Position numbers and translations under genes: made by a program
The notes under the pieces: model-generated
What the model saw: the letters and a program-made list of their open reading frames with translations, nothing else
What the model was told of the DNA's origin: nothing
Database searches by the model: none
Assembly (NCBI GenBank): GCA_041666185.1
Contig: JBAYHL010000004.1
Location: forward strand, 105-64,104
Length of the DNA: 64,000 nt
Origin: Patescibacteria group bacterium
Lineage (GTDB): Bacteria > Patescibacteriota > UBA1384 > UBA12157 > JAENIV01
Direction: 5' to 3'
Shown here: piece by piece, positions 19,207 through 29,986 of the stretch
Position numbering within the stretch: position 1 is the first letter of the stretch
How the letters are laid out: each line of letters opens with the position of its first letter

Positions 19207-22200
19207 TTACATATCTTTTTCTTTATTAATTTTTAAAATTGGCAATGAAAAGTAAAATGTACTACCTTTACCAAGCTCTGCCTCGACCCAAATTTTACCT
19301 CCACAACCTTCTATAATTTTTCGAGCAATATATAAACCCAAACCAAGTCCCGTTCCTTTACCAAGAGGTATTTTCTTACCATCACTAACCTGGGCATATT
19401 TTTGGAATAGTTCTTTTTGTCGATCTTTAGCTATTCCTATACCCGTGTCCTTTATTGCCACAATAACTGAGTTCTCTTTAGCTAAAACTTCTAAGCTAAT
19501 TGAACCTTTGTCAGTATATTTAATAGCATTATCAAGTAAATTAACAATGGCCTCAGGAATTTTTTCACAATCTGCCATAACTTTAGGTATTTTTGTTGGT
19601 ATTTTATAATTAAATTTTAAACCTTTTTTTTCTATCAATGGTTTTGTTTGCTTAACTATATAACCTAAGATTGGCACTAAATCAATCAATTTAGGAACAA
19701 TAGTAATTTTCCCTTTTTCTATTCGAGACATAGTTAGAAAATCATTAATTATGTTTATTAAATTCGTATTGGCCCTACTAACATCTTCTAAAGGCACTTT
19801 TAACTTAGGAGGAATTTCACCATAGTCACCATCTAGTATCATTTCTGTATTGGCTCTTATAACAGACACGGGAGTTCGTAAATCGTGGGTTGCCATATTT
19901 AAAAAGTCATCTTTAGCCTGTTCCATTCTATTTCGCTCAGTAACGTCACGAAAGCTACCCAGAAGATACATTTTTCTATTAACAATCAACCGCGATATAT
20001 TTATATCAGCATAAAAAATACTACCGTCTTTTCTTAACACCGGAAGGTTTGAAACAAGTTTAAGTTTTCCTTTTACCTGTTCTCTAAATATTTTTTTAAC
20101 AAATGGTGCATCTTTTTTAGGATGAATATCGTCAACCCCTAAATCCAACAATTCTTTTTTTGTATATCTTAGCATATTACATATTGCTGTATTACACGTA
20201 CTAAATTTACTAGTTTCCGGATCAGCAACTAGTAAACCATCTTTAGAATCTTCAAATATAGTTTCGAATTTTATTTCTGATTCTTTTAATTTTTGTTCAA
20301 TTTTTCCATGTTCAACACGAACACGTTGTGAGGTAACACCAAAAGCAAGATCGTCCACTAATTCCTTCAATAGCTTAATTTCATCCAGAGCAAATGTATT
20401 TGATTTAATCGAATAAATACCAATTACACCAAATACTTTATCATCGCCAACAAGTGGTAAAGCAATAATTGACTTATAACCTCGTTTTAAAGCATCTTCC
20501 TTCCATGGGGACATAGTTGGATCTGTAGCAATATCGTGTACAATACTAGGATTGCCTGTACGAATAGCTATCCCTCCTGGCCCGCGACCACGCTCAGTAT
20601 CTGCCCATGTTAACTTGGCTTTTTTAATGTAGCCTGATTCGAGTCCAGCATGAGCTATAGGAAGTATGGTTTTTGCTTCATCATGTTTGACATAACCAAC
20701 CCACGCTAAGCGGTAACCACCAGTTTCAACAATAATACGACACGCCTCACTCAATAAGTCTATTTCGTCTGTAACATGAATTAGCATCTGATTAATTTCA
20801 CCCACCATCCGTAACGCACGGTTTAGTTTTATAAGGTTTACTTCCGCAAGTTTGGCCTCAGTAATATCCCAAGTAAGATCAGCGAAAAAGGAGACTAATT
20901 TAACATCCTGCTCGTCATAATTGCTCGATTTATTTCCAACACCTAGCACAGCCATAATTTTATCACCACGGATCACTGGTACTACTAATTCGCGAACTAC
21001 TTTTGCATGACCTTTTGGCATACCTTTTTTATTCAAAAGAGACTCATAATCATTGTGAATAACCGGCTTGCGCTGATAAACACAATCTACCCAAACACCA
21101 GCTTTTTCTATTGCATAATGTGATCCTTTGCCTTCAGCTTTGCAAAATTCTTTTTTTGTTCTAGTTGACCAATTTTGCAATGTTAGCGTTTTTTGATCGG
21201 AATTTACAAAATGGAAAAAACCAATAAGACTACCTGTGAGTTTTTCTATTTCGTTTAGTGCCTCTTCCAACAGCTCATCCATAGAGTGACTATTGGCAAA
21301 CACTAAAAGACGGGCACGAGCTTTAAGAATATTTTCTGTCTGTTTGCGCTCGGTAATATCTCTAATAATCGCCATGATCGCCGGTTTATCTTTATAAATA
21401 ATCCTGGAAGAATTCACTTCAACCGGTAGCTTATTTCCAGTTTTTGATAAAATTTCTATTTCATATCTATTTGGCGCGTCTTGACCCTTTAATCTTTTTT
21501 CGTACCTTTCCGCGACAATTTTTTTATACTCGGGAGACAAAAAATCTAGAAATGATTTTCCAATACTTTCCTCTTTTGTAAAACCTGTCATTTGGCAAAT
21601 TACTGAGTTTACGTACTCAAGCACACCTGCACCCTGTATAACTAAAATGCCATCGTTTCCTTTTTCTACCAAAGTTGAGTATTTTAGTTCGGAAGCTTTT
21701 AACTCCTCTTCTGTCTGTTTGCGCTTGGTAATATCACGAATATTGCATTGAATTATTAATTCCCCATCTGTCCTATAAGCATTGGCAATAAATTCAACTT
21801 CAATTTTTTTTCCATTTTTAGTTTCTAATAGTAAATTATTGAAATGAACATGTTTTTTGGCTTGCAAGGCAAGAAAATGCTTTTTCGACATAATAATGTC
21901 TTTAAAAACACCAATTTCCCAAAGATGTTTTTTTTGAAAATCAGCTTTAGAGTAGTTAAGTAAATTAATTAAAAACGGATTAACGTCTTTAATTATTCCT
22001 GTCTTAAAATCGACCAAAAGTATACCGTCTTGAGCCGTTTCAAATAACCGACGATAACGCAACTCTGATGTTTCTAGCTTGTCTTGTTCCTTTTTTTTGC
22101 GGTAAGTAATATCTTCAATAGCTAAAAGTATTATTTTCGGCTTTTTTGGCGGTCGAGGTATGCGTCGAGCATTCAATAACATCGCTTTTGGCCCAATGGT

Positions 22201-22542
22201 CTCAAAATTATGATCGACTTCGAAACTGTCAAAGAAATTATTTTTAGGAAGAATATCTTCCAACAATTTTTTTAATTTGGGAATATTCCATTGACCATTG
22301 CCTAAATCGTAAATAAACTGATTCGTGGTTTCCTTAGGGTTAACTTTAAAAGTCTGATAGAAGGCTTTATTAGCTAAGATTACTTTTAAATCAGTATCCA
22401 GTACCACCAAAGGTTCTCGTATCGTTGTAATAATTTCTTCAGCATACTCACGAGCTTCCTTTTCCTCTTTAAACAGTTCGGCAAAACGACGTTTTTCCAA
22501 AAAAACGTCGTTTAATTTTTCATTTAACTTCTTTTTGGACAC
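19207..22542 (-). CDS. Multi-domain PAS/GAF sensor histidine kinase (1111 aa)
   Basis: Several PAS (e.g. ...RDITERK...) and GAF modules. HisKA H-box is ATHDLRTPVSVI. HATPase G-boxes are DTGIGI and GTGLGLGLYIARKIIEGCGGKIWV. Confidence 0.9.
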   Translation of the reverse strand: MSKKKLNEKLNDVFLEKRRFAELFKEEKEAREYAEEIITTIREPLVVLDTDLKVILANKAFYQTFKVNPKETTNQFIYDLGNGQWNIPKLKKLLEDILPKNNFFDSFEVDHNFETIGPKAMLLNARRIPRPPKKPKIILLAIEDITYRKKKEQDKLETSELRYRRLFETAQDGILLVDFKTGIIKDVNPFLINLLNYSKADFQKKHLWEIGVFKDIIMSKKHFLALQAKKHVHFNNLLLETKNGKKIEVEFIANAYRTDGELIIQCNIRDITKRKQTEEELKASELKYSTLVEKGNDGILVIQGAGVLEYVNSVICQMTGFTKEESIGKSFLDFLSPEYKKIVAERYEKRLKGQDAPNRYEIEILSKTGNKLPVEVNSSRIIYKDKPAIMAIIRDITERKQTENILKARARLLVFANSHSMDELLEEALNEIEKLTGSLIGFFHFVNSDQKTLTLQNWSTRTKKEFCKAEGKGSHYAIEKAGVWVDCVYQRKPVIHNDYESLLNKKGMPKGHAKVVRELVVPVIRGDKIMAVLGVGNKSSNYDEQDVKLVSFFADLTWDITEAKLAEVNLIKLNRALRMVGEINQMLIHVTDEIDLLSEACRIIVETGGYRLAWVGYVKHDEAKTILPIAHAGLESGYIKKAKLTWADTERGRGPGGIAIRTGNPSIVHDIATDPTMSPWKEDALKRGYKSIIALPLVGDDKVFGVIGIYSIKSNTFALDEIKLLKELVDDLAFGVTSQRVRVEHGKIEQKLKESEIKFETIFEDSKDGLLVADPETSKFSTCNTAICNMLRYTKKELLDLGVDDIHPKKDAPFVKKIFREQVKGKLKLVSNLPVLRKDGSIFYADINISRLIVNRKMYLLGSFRDVTERNRMEQAKDDFLNMATHDLRTPVSVIRANTEMILDGDYGEIPPKLKVPLEDVSRANTNLINIINDFLTMSRIEKGKITIVPKLIDLVPILGYIVKQTKPLIEKKGLKFNYKIPTKIPKVMADCEKIPEAIVNLLDNAIKYTDKGSISLEVLAKENSVIVAIKDTGIGIAKDRQKELFQKYAQVSDGKKIPLGKGTGLGLGLYIARKIIEGCGGKIWVEAELGKGSTFYFSLPILKINKEKDM

Positions 22543-22639
22543 ATTACCCCCTCACCTATTTTATTAATTTTTAGTTATATTAGCTTAAAAAACTAATGCT
22601 TGTTTGTTTTTGTTTTTTACAAATTACATTTTTATTATA

Positions 22640-22667
22640 TCAAAAAAACTACAATTGTTGTAGTTTC
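22640..22667 (-). terminator. Rho-independent terminator between the tRNA-Ala islet and the sensor-kinase gene
   Basis: A perfect 9-bp stem, aaactacaa / ttgtagttt, followed on the minus strand by UUUUUUU. Confidence 0.5.
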
Positions 22668-22687
22668 AAATACATTATGGTGGACCT

Positions 22688-22700
22688 GAGGCTAAAAACT
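22688..22700 (-). repeat. 13-bp direct repeat of the tRNA-Ala 3' end (partner at 23361-23373)
   Basis: tggtggacctgag is identical at both sites. The flanks are partly similar (ttggaacccc versus ttgaacctcc). Confidence 0.7.
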
Positions 22701-22886
22701 TGGAACCCCTTCTTCGAGTATATATTCGAATGGTATCCAATACTAAAAGAAATATACGAACCTTAATAAGTTTCCACTAATCAACTCCAAAGAATTAGTA
22801 TCAAAAAAACTGTCACAACACTAGGAAGTGACAGTCAATAGAGATATATCGAATCTCCACCGGTTAAAAGCACTCGATGCTTGAAG

Positions 22887-23213
22887 TTATTGCAACAGCC
22901 CTTCTTTGAGAGTCGTCTCCACAACAACTCTATCAGCCATTGTCTTGACGGGCTGTCGATCTGTGCCCACTTGCCAGTTTAGATGCATTCCTCCCTCTGT
23001 CGCCTGAGTGACAAAACCATCTCCATTGGGGTGAACAACGACATCATTATGCCCCTTCTTCTTGAAAGTTATTCTCAATTTTTGATTCCTATGAAACTGG
23101 TGACATAGACTCAACACTAGATCCTGAGCGGCATGTAACCCTTGGACCTTCGATACCCTTAGCACAAACTTCATTAGCGTCTCACCTCCCTTATCCTGCA
23201 CATTATATAACAA
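22887..23213 (-). CDS. Hypothetical protein (108 aa) inside the tRNA-Ala-associated GC-rich islet
   Basis: Open frame with ~48-50% GC against ~35% background and no recognisable family. The start may be the internal MKFVLRV. Confidence 0.4.
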   Translation of the reverse strand: MLYNVQDKGGETLMKFVLRVSKVQGLHAAQDLVLSLCHQFHRNQKLRITFKKKGHNDVVVHPNGDGFVTQATEGGMHLNWQVGTDRQPVKTMADRVVVETTLKEGLLQ

Positions 23214-23360
23214 AACACTGATATTGTCAATATTTTAGCGCCTAGATTTAACCAGAGTGAATATAAACTAAATTAAGGATATGCAAACATGATCGACATA
23301 AAGGGTTCCAGCTCCTCTCAAGTATATACAAAAAAAGCAGGACTAAACCTGTTAATTTCG

Positions 23361-23435
23361 TGGTGGACCTGAGAGGATTTGAACCTCCGACCTTCTCCTT
23401 GCAAAGGAGTTGCTCTACCACTGAGCTACAGGCCC
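23361..23435 (-). tRNA. tRNA-Ala (anticodon UGC)
   Basis: The reverse complement is GGGCCUGUAGCUCAGUGGUAGAGC...CUCC-UUUGCAA-GGAG...GGUUCAAAUCC...CAGGUCCACCA. It has the G3:U70 identity pair and an encoded CCA. Confidence 0.9.
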
Positions 23436-23469
23436 ATGATGATAAGTTTTAAGAAAAGAAATACAAGTT

Positions 23470-23727
23470 TTACCAAGCAGCTGATGTTAAATAGACCAAA
23501 CTTCCAACTATCAGCAATATGGCTATCAACTTCCAAGCTGTATAAGTACCCCCCATTCCTAAATGTCTTTCTGCCCAATCCATTTTGCCAACTATTCTTA
23601 CAACTCGATCAGTATACTTCAAAATAAGAATCGCTACTGCCGTACATGCCAAAAAAATTAAAATTTTAATAAATACCATACGCTTACTCCTATAACTATT
23701 ATTTGGGTAATTGCCCCCAAAAACCAC
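23470..23727 (-). CDS. Small hypothetical membrane protein (2 TM)
   Basis: 85-aa ORF with two hydrophobic helices. Its 5' end overlaps the upstream ORF, so the true start may be the internal MVFIKIL. Confidence 0.4.
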   Translation of the reverse strand: MVFGGNYPNNSYRSKRMVFIKILIFLACTAVAILILKYTDRVVRIVGKMDWAERHLGMGGTYTAWKLIAILLIVGSLVYLTSAAW

Positions 23728-24128
23728 TTTTCTTTCGGTAGATCAAAATGAAATTTTTTATGAATCGAATGGATTTGTTTAAGCAGCGGTAACTGTCGTA
23801 AAGATCTAAATGGGTTATTGTCTATAATATCAACGGCAATTCCACCCATTCCACCAGCGATAATAACATCGAAATTTGATTTATGTTGAAACAAAATAAT
23901 AATTATTGCCCAAATTATTATAAATTCTGAAAGAGCGTAAATGTATATCCAAGTTGGCCAAGGTTTATTTTCATCTCTTTCTGGGTTAAAAAATGTACCC
24001 GGATCAACGTGAGGAACTGCATCTAAAATAAAGTGCAGAAAAAAGCCAACTAAAAATGCTAACAGCCAGTTATCAGTTACAGCTGCGGCTACCGCCGATC
24101 CTGCTAATAGGTGAGGTGTAATAATCAT
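23658..24128 (-). CDS. Membrane-bound metal-dependent-hydrolase-like protein (YdjM/DUF457-like)
   Basis: 156 aa, mostly TM helices, with H..LD..PH and HxxH-type motifs. Lies between tRNA-Ile and tRNA-Ala. Confidence 0.5.
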   Translation of the reverse strand: MIITPHLLAGSAVAAAVTDNWLLAFLVGFFLHFILDAVPHVDPGTFFNPERDENKPWPTWIYIYALSEFIIIWAIIIILFQHKSNFDVIIAGGMGGIAVDIIDNNPFRSLRQLPLLKQIHSIHKKFHFDLPKEKWFLGAITQIIVIGVSVWYLLKF

Positions 24129-24154
24129 AACTTAATCATCTAACCTTGATAACT

Positions 24155-24234
24155 TGGTGGGCGCACCTGGACTCGAACCAGGGACCTCGTCATTATCAGT
24201 GACGCGCTCTAACCAGCTGAGCTATGCGCCCACC
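24155..24234 (-). tRNA. tRNA-Ile (anticodon GAU)
   Basis: The reverse complement is GGUGGGCGCAUAGCUCAGCUGGUUAGAGCGCGUCA-CUGAUAA-UGACG...GGUUCGAGUCC...GCGCCCACCA. Confidence 0.9.
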
Positions 24235-24349
24235 AAATTATCAAGCAATGCCACGCTCCTTACTGAGCTAATCGTCCGCTAAACCAATAAAAGTTTTACC
24301 TTCCTTTTACTTTCTAATTTTATACCAATCTGTTAATTTTTTCAAGAAG

Positions 24350-24982
24350 CTAAGGTAATAATTGAAATGATTTGCTAAGCTCACTTAATAAATCGTTTTT
24401 ACTACTATCTTGATAGTTGGTGCCAAATTCAAAAATATAATTATCTTCAGAAACCGCGTAAGCATAATTATAATTTTCCGGATTAATATTTTGAACTGTA
24501 TAACCTTTTTGACCTGCCATCTCAATTTCTGAACCTAACTTAAAACCATTTGAAGAATTATAACTTTTATTAATCCATTCTAACAAAGTTAATTGTTTTT
24601 TTGGTTCGTAGATTTTAAGGTAAATATTTTTCTTTAAATTAGAGACATCTGTTTTATCTGCTTGACTCGCATCTTGGGCACTGCTCGAATTATTAAAACC
24701 CACTTGAAAAATTAATTCTTTATTAGACGAACCAGCACCGCTCTTTTGCTCTTGCCAAGTTGAAGGGTACTTAAAAGAAAAGCCATAAATTTCATTAGTA
24801 TAAGTTTTATAATTTACTTCTTGCGATTTAGTCACAACAGGTGTTATTGATACAGATGCCGACTTAACTGATTTATTAGTTTTTAAATACTTTGCTAATA
24901 AAAAACTTGAAACTGCTGAAATAATTAAAACTAAAAAGAAAATAAAAACCCAAAATATTTTTTTAGACGCCTGGGATCTCAT
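24350..24982 (-). CDS. Hypothetical membrane-anchored/secreted protein (210 aa) in the 16S to tRNA-Ile spacer
   Basis: N-terminal TM or signal segment, Ser/Asn-rich, no family match. Confidence 0.5.
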   Translation of the reverse strand: MRSQASKKIFWVFIFFLVLIISAVSSFLLAKYLKTNKSVKSASVSITPVVTKSQEVNYKTYTNEIYGFSFKYPSTWQEQKSGAGSSNKELIFQVGFNNSSSAQDASQADKTDVSNLKKNIYLKIYEPKKQLTLLEWINKSYNSSNGFKLGSEIEMAGQKGYTVQNINPENYNYAYAVSEDNYIFEFGTNYQDSSKNDLLSELSKSFQLLP

Positions 24983-25159
24983 TATCCCTACCTTTTACTA
25001 AATTATTTTTTACTATTTTAAGGATATCAAAAATTAGACCAATTAAAAAGAGGCATTCAGATCTTTTACGGCTGCAAGAAAGACGTCTCCATTACAAAAT
25101 CATAATGCACGACGATCGACACTGCTATCCTCACAAAAAGTGAGGCTAGGTGTTTACTC

Positions 25160-26622
<1,463 letters not shown>

Positions 26623-26959
26623 AGATATTCAAGCTAGATTACTCTAGATGAACATCTGGGTAAATTTTTATTTAAAGTCTTCTAAAATTTTTTAAAAAGA
26701 AGTTTTCTTGCAACCGTAAAAACCCTGAAATGCCTCCAAAATTCTTACGATCTAGTTGTTAAAGTTCTTTCTCACTTCAATCTGAATGAAGGACAAACAA
26801 AAAAGCTCCGAGACAGTCGGAACCTTTTTGACTATCCTCGATTTAATAAAGCACGATTAATTTTTTAATTTAAGGCAATATAAAATATCATCTCCTTAAA
26901 CTTAACAGACTAAGCCCATTATAACTTGAGTCAAAAACTATGTCAACCCCCACAAGTCC

Positions 26960-27178
26960 TTACTCTTTGCTACCACCAGCAGCAGTAATGCCAACATAAA
27001 TAGCCGAAACCCCAACTAAGGTGTAAATAACCCTTGAAAAAGTTGAAAGATCTCCGAAAATAGCAGCTACTAGATCCCAACCAAAAATACCAACTAACCC
27101 CCAATCGAGACCACCAATGATTAGAAGAATAAGTGCTACCCAATAAATGGTACCTTTTTGCATTTTTATCACCCCCAT
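26960..27178 (-). CDS. DUF378-family small membrane protein
   Basis: 72 aa: ...GGLDWGLVGIFGWDLVAAIFG..., typical of DUF378. Confidence 0.6.
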   Translation of the reverse strand: MGVIKMQKGTIYWVALILLIIGGLDWGLVGIFGWDLVAAIFGDLSTFSRVIYTLVGVSAIYVGITAAGGSKE

Positions 27179-27239
27179 TCTTGATTACATTATATCATAA
27201 TTTGTCAAATCGTGCGCGGAAATTAAAAAAGCGCCTGAA

Positions 27240-27668
27240 TTACTCGGACGCTTTGATTGTTTCTTTTTCAAGATATCTTGAAAATCTCTGATCAAAAAAT
27301 AGCTTTTCAACCTTTTCAACAATTGTTGAATCTTTGATATTAATGGGGAAATGCATCTGAAGCCTGTCTGAGTGCTTCAGCTTACTTTCTTCACAATGCT
27401 TTCGAGATATACTAATTCCGAAAGAAATTGAATGAATAGCCTCGTCAGCAATCTTTATAACTGTAAAGTCAGCTCCGTCTCGATCCATAATACCATTTGG
27501 TTCGTGATAGATTACTTTTGAAAAACAAGGTTGACCATTTTTCAAAGCTTGGTTCAACACCTGATAAACTCTAGCCTCCATATCACGACCTACTTTAGAA
27601 TATCTTTCGGCTTTACGATTTCCAAAAGCGATTCTGGCAGCCTTGTTAAAAACCAATTTTTTCACCAC
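27240..27668 (-). CDS. Hypothetical protein (142 aa)
   Basis: ORF only, no recognisable family. Confidence 0.4.
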   Translation of the reverse strand: MVKKLVFNKAARIAFGNRKAERYSKVGRDMEARVYQVLNQALKNGQPCFSKVIYHEPNGIMDRDGADFTVIKIADEAIHSISFGISISRKHCEESKLKHSDRLQMHFPINIKDSTIVEKVEKLFFDQRFSRYLEKETIKASE

Positions 27669-27684
27669 CTTACTTTAAAAAATT

Positions 27685-27771
27685 GGTGCCCCCGGCGGGA
27701 TTCGGACCCGCGTGTCCAACCCTTGATCCTGATAGATCTCGGTAGTCTTGCCAATATTAGACGACGGGGGC
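27685..27771 (-). tRNA. tRNA-like gene (class II length, ~85 nt plus CCA) with a non-canonical anticodon arm; identity unresolved, possibly a pseudo-tRNA
   Basis: The reverse complement is GCCCCCG-UC-GUCU-AAUAUUGGCA-AGAC-U-ACCGAGAUCUAUCAGGAUCAAGGGUUGGACAC-GCGGG-UCCGAAU-CCCGC-CGGGGGC-ACCA. Acceptor, D and T arms fold well. The 32-nt anticodon/variable region shows no 5-bp stem. Confidence 0.5.
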
Positions 27772-27779
27772 AAATTCAA

Positions 27780-28004
27780 CTAATAATTTCGATTCAGCTC
27801 AATTCCAACTAGGCTTCTAAAGTCAGGATATTCCCCGCGCAAAATATCTTCAACTTGATCATATACTTGACGAATCGTAAGACTGTCAGGCACTGATAAT
27901 TGTCCATGAAATGGCACTCTTACTACATCACTCTCGGCGCTCCTACTACCTTCTCTGTTATACTTAGCACAAACACGAAAAGTTATCATCCCCATATCCA
28001 GCAT
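27780..28004 (-). CDS. Hypothetical protein (74 aa)
   Basis: ORF only. Confidence 0.35.
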   Translation of the reverse strand: MLDMGMITFRVCAKYNREGSRSAESDVVRVPFHGQLSVPDSLTIRQVYDQVEDILRGEYPDFRSLVGIELNRNY

Positions 28005-28041
28005 CTCCTTTTCTGGAAAGTTTTAAATCCCAATCGTAAGA

Positions 28042-28647
28042 TTATGATTTTTTTATAACTTCGTCAATTAGACCGTATTTTTTGGCCTCTTGTGCCGACA
28101 TATAAAAATCTCTATCAGAATCTTTTTCAATCTTATCAACTTTTTGACCAGTGTGTTTAGCTAAAATTTCATTAATAGTTTTTTTGATTCGTAAAATTTC
28201 CCGAGTTTGAATTTCTACATCCGTTGCTTGACCTTCGGCTCCACCCATAACTTGGTGAATCATAACTCGAGAGTTTGGCAAAGCATATCTTTTACCTTTA
28301 GTACCAGCTGCAAGCAAAACCGCGGCAGCAGAGGCAGCTTGGCCTATACAAATAGTCGAAACATTAGCCCCTAAATATTGAATCGTGTCGTAAATTGCGA
28401 GTCCTGCCGAGACAACTCCACCAGGAGAATTAATATAAATTGAAATATCTTTTTTTGAATCTTCACTATCTAAAAACAAAAGTTGGGCCATAACTAAATT
28501 AGCCACATGGTCATCAATCGGCCCACCAATAAAAATTATCCTATCTCTTAAAAGACGGGAGTAAATATCATAAGCCCGCTCACCAAATTGTGATTTTTCC
28601 AAAACCGTTGGCACTAAATATTGATTTGTGAGTTCTTTTTTTGACAT
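28042..28647 (-). CDS. clpP: ATP-dependent Clp protease proteolytic subunit
   Basis: 201 aa: [28 protein letters not shown], with the catalytic Ser context GQAASAAA and His/Asp downstream. Confidence 0.95.
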   Translation of the reverse strand: MSKKELTNQYLVPTVLEKSQFGERAYDIYSRLLRDRIIFIGGPIDDHVANLVMAQLLFLDSEDSKKDISIYINSPGGVVSAGLAIYDTIQYLGANVSTICIGQAASAAAVLLAAGTKGKRYALPNSRVMIHQVMGGAEGQATDVEIQTREILRIKKTINEILAKHTGQKVDKIEKDSDRDFYMSAQEAKKYGLIDEVIKKS

Positions 28648-28739
28648 AATACCCTTTCAACGTAAATCATACTTTACATATTCATAAAAGTCAATGCATA
28701 TAAAAAGCGGCACAATTTTCGTACCGCCCGTATTGGTCA

Positions 28740-29045
28740 TTACCCCTGCGTATATAATTCAGGACAATATTCTGGATAAAATTCTTCGAATACAATCCTG
28801 GAACCAAAAATACCAGCATTATGCTCTATCCTATATTCATCAGGAAGTTCGCTAGCTAATCGACGAATTAAACCTAATAATAGCATTTTTTCACCTGAGC
28901 CAAGCATAATTGGTCCAGGATCTTTGCCAGAATAGCCACAACATCGATAATAGTAAGTAATTGATTTATCAGGTTTTTCGATATAACGTACAGCCTCATC
29001 AAAAACAATCTTGATAAAATTATCTGTTGTTATTATAGACAACAA
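28740..29045 (-). CDS. Hypothetical protein (101 aa)
   Basis: ORF only. Confidence 0.4.
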   Translation of the reverse strand: MLSIITTDNFIKIVFDEAVRYIEKPDKSITYYYRCCGYSGKDPGPIMLGSGEKMLLLGLIRRLASELPDEYRIEHNAGIFGSRIVFEEFYPEYCPELYTQG

Positions 29046-29094
29046 ACTATCCCCCTATATCTTGGACGTATTTGTTTGCATTATAACATTTTTT

Positions 29095-29967
29095 TTATTT
29101 ATGTAAATTATAATATTTGTAGGTATCTTTAAGAGTTTTTTCGAAAGTTATTTTTGGCTGCCAACCCAATTTTCGAACTTTATTTGAGTTCACACAATTC
29201 TTTTTTATATCCGATGGTCGCATACGATTTGGATCTATTTTATAAGTAAGTTTTTTTCTTGAAATTCTAACTAATGTTTCTAGAACTTCTTTAATTTTAA
29301 CGGTTTTGCCCGTACCGATATTATAGATTTCACCAGACTTACCTTTTTGCATTACAAGCTCATAGGCTTTGACACAATCGCGAACATCAAAAAGATCACG
29401 CTTAGCCTCTAAGTTGCCAATAAGAATTTCTTCACCAGATTTAGCTTTTGTAATTTGATAGCAAAAATCCGGAGTGGCAAAACCTAATTTTTGTCCAGGA
29501 CCAGTGTGATTTGTTGCTCGCGTTATAACAATTTCAATATTTCCACCAAGATACTTCAAAGCCTGTTTTTCCATTTCAATTTTACTTTTGTCGTAAAAAC
29601 TCTTGGCATCAATAATACCCGCTTCCGTCACGCAAGTCGGTGTATTACCGTAAACGTAAGCAGTGGAGGCAAGCAAAACTTTTACGGGTTTTTCTACTTC
29701 TTTGAGTGCTTTTAAAATATTCGAAGTTCCATCAACATTAATTTTAAAAATAAGATCCTTGTCTTTACCAGCACCTGAAGCAAAACCAGCTAAATGATAA
29801 ACTTGATCAGGTTGAATCTTGCTTAAATAATCTTTAACTTGTGAGTACTTGGTAATATCTGCTTGTTTTAGGTCTAAAGGAAAAATTCGATTACGAGAAT
29901 CTTTTTTTAGGAGTTCAATCAAATGTTGACCAACAAAGCCATTTGATCCAGTCACAATGATTTTCAT
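29095..29967 (-). CDS. NAD(P)-dependent epimerase/dehydratase, likely GDP-4-keto-6-deoxy-D-mannose reductase (Rmd/Fcl-like) paired with gmd
   Basis: MKIIVTGSNGFVGQHL Rossmann start and a YxxxK catalytic context. It is adjacent to, and co-oriented with, GDP-mannose 4,6-dehydratase. Confidence 0.75.
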   Translation of the reverse strand: MKIIVTGSNGFVGQHLIELLKKDSRNRIFPLDLKQADITKYSQVKDYLSKIQPDQVYHLAGFASGAGKDKDLIFKINVDGTSNILKALKEVEKPVKVLLASTAYVYGNTPTCVTEAGIIDAKSFYDKSKIEMEKQALKYLGGNIEIVITRATNHTGPGQKLGFATPDFCYQITKAKSGEEILIGNLEAKRDLFDVRDCVKAYELVMQKGKSGEIYNIGTGKTVKIKEVLETLVRISRKKLTYKIDPNRMRPSDIKKNCVNSNKVRKLGWQPKITFEKTLKDTYKYYNLHK

Positions 29968-29986
29968 AATATTTCCCCTGATTACC

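Noticed and set aside
22870-23220. GC-rich 330-bp segment next to tRNA-Ala, considered as a structured RNA gene (RNase P RNA or tmRNA) rather than a protein ORF
   Set aside because: No P4/GGAAAGUCCGG-type RNase P motifs and no tmRNA 3' CCACCA acceptor context are present. An uninterrupted 108-codon frame spans it.
26895-26945. Putative 16S promoter (TTGACT ... TATAAT on the minus strand ~280 nt upstream of 16S)
   Set aside because: The two hexamers are only 5 nt apart, so they cannot form a sigma70 promoter together. I saw no properly spaced pair and cannot call the rRNA promoter confidently.
27685-27771. tmRNA (SsrA) tRNA-like domain hypothesis for the odd tRNA, prompted by the GGAC(AC)GCGGGUCCGAAUCCCGCC...ACCA 3' end resembling tmRNA
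   Set aside because: The 5' acceptor strand lies only ~80 nt upstream rather than ~350 nt. Position 3:70 is C:G, not the G:U required for alanylation. No tag-peptide reading frame or pseudoknots follow.
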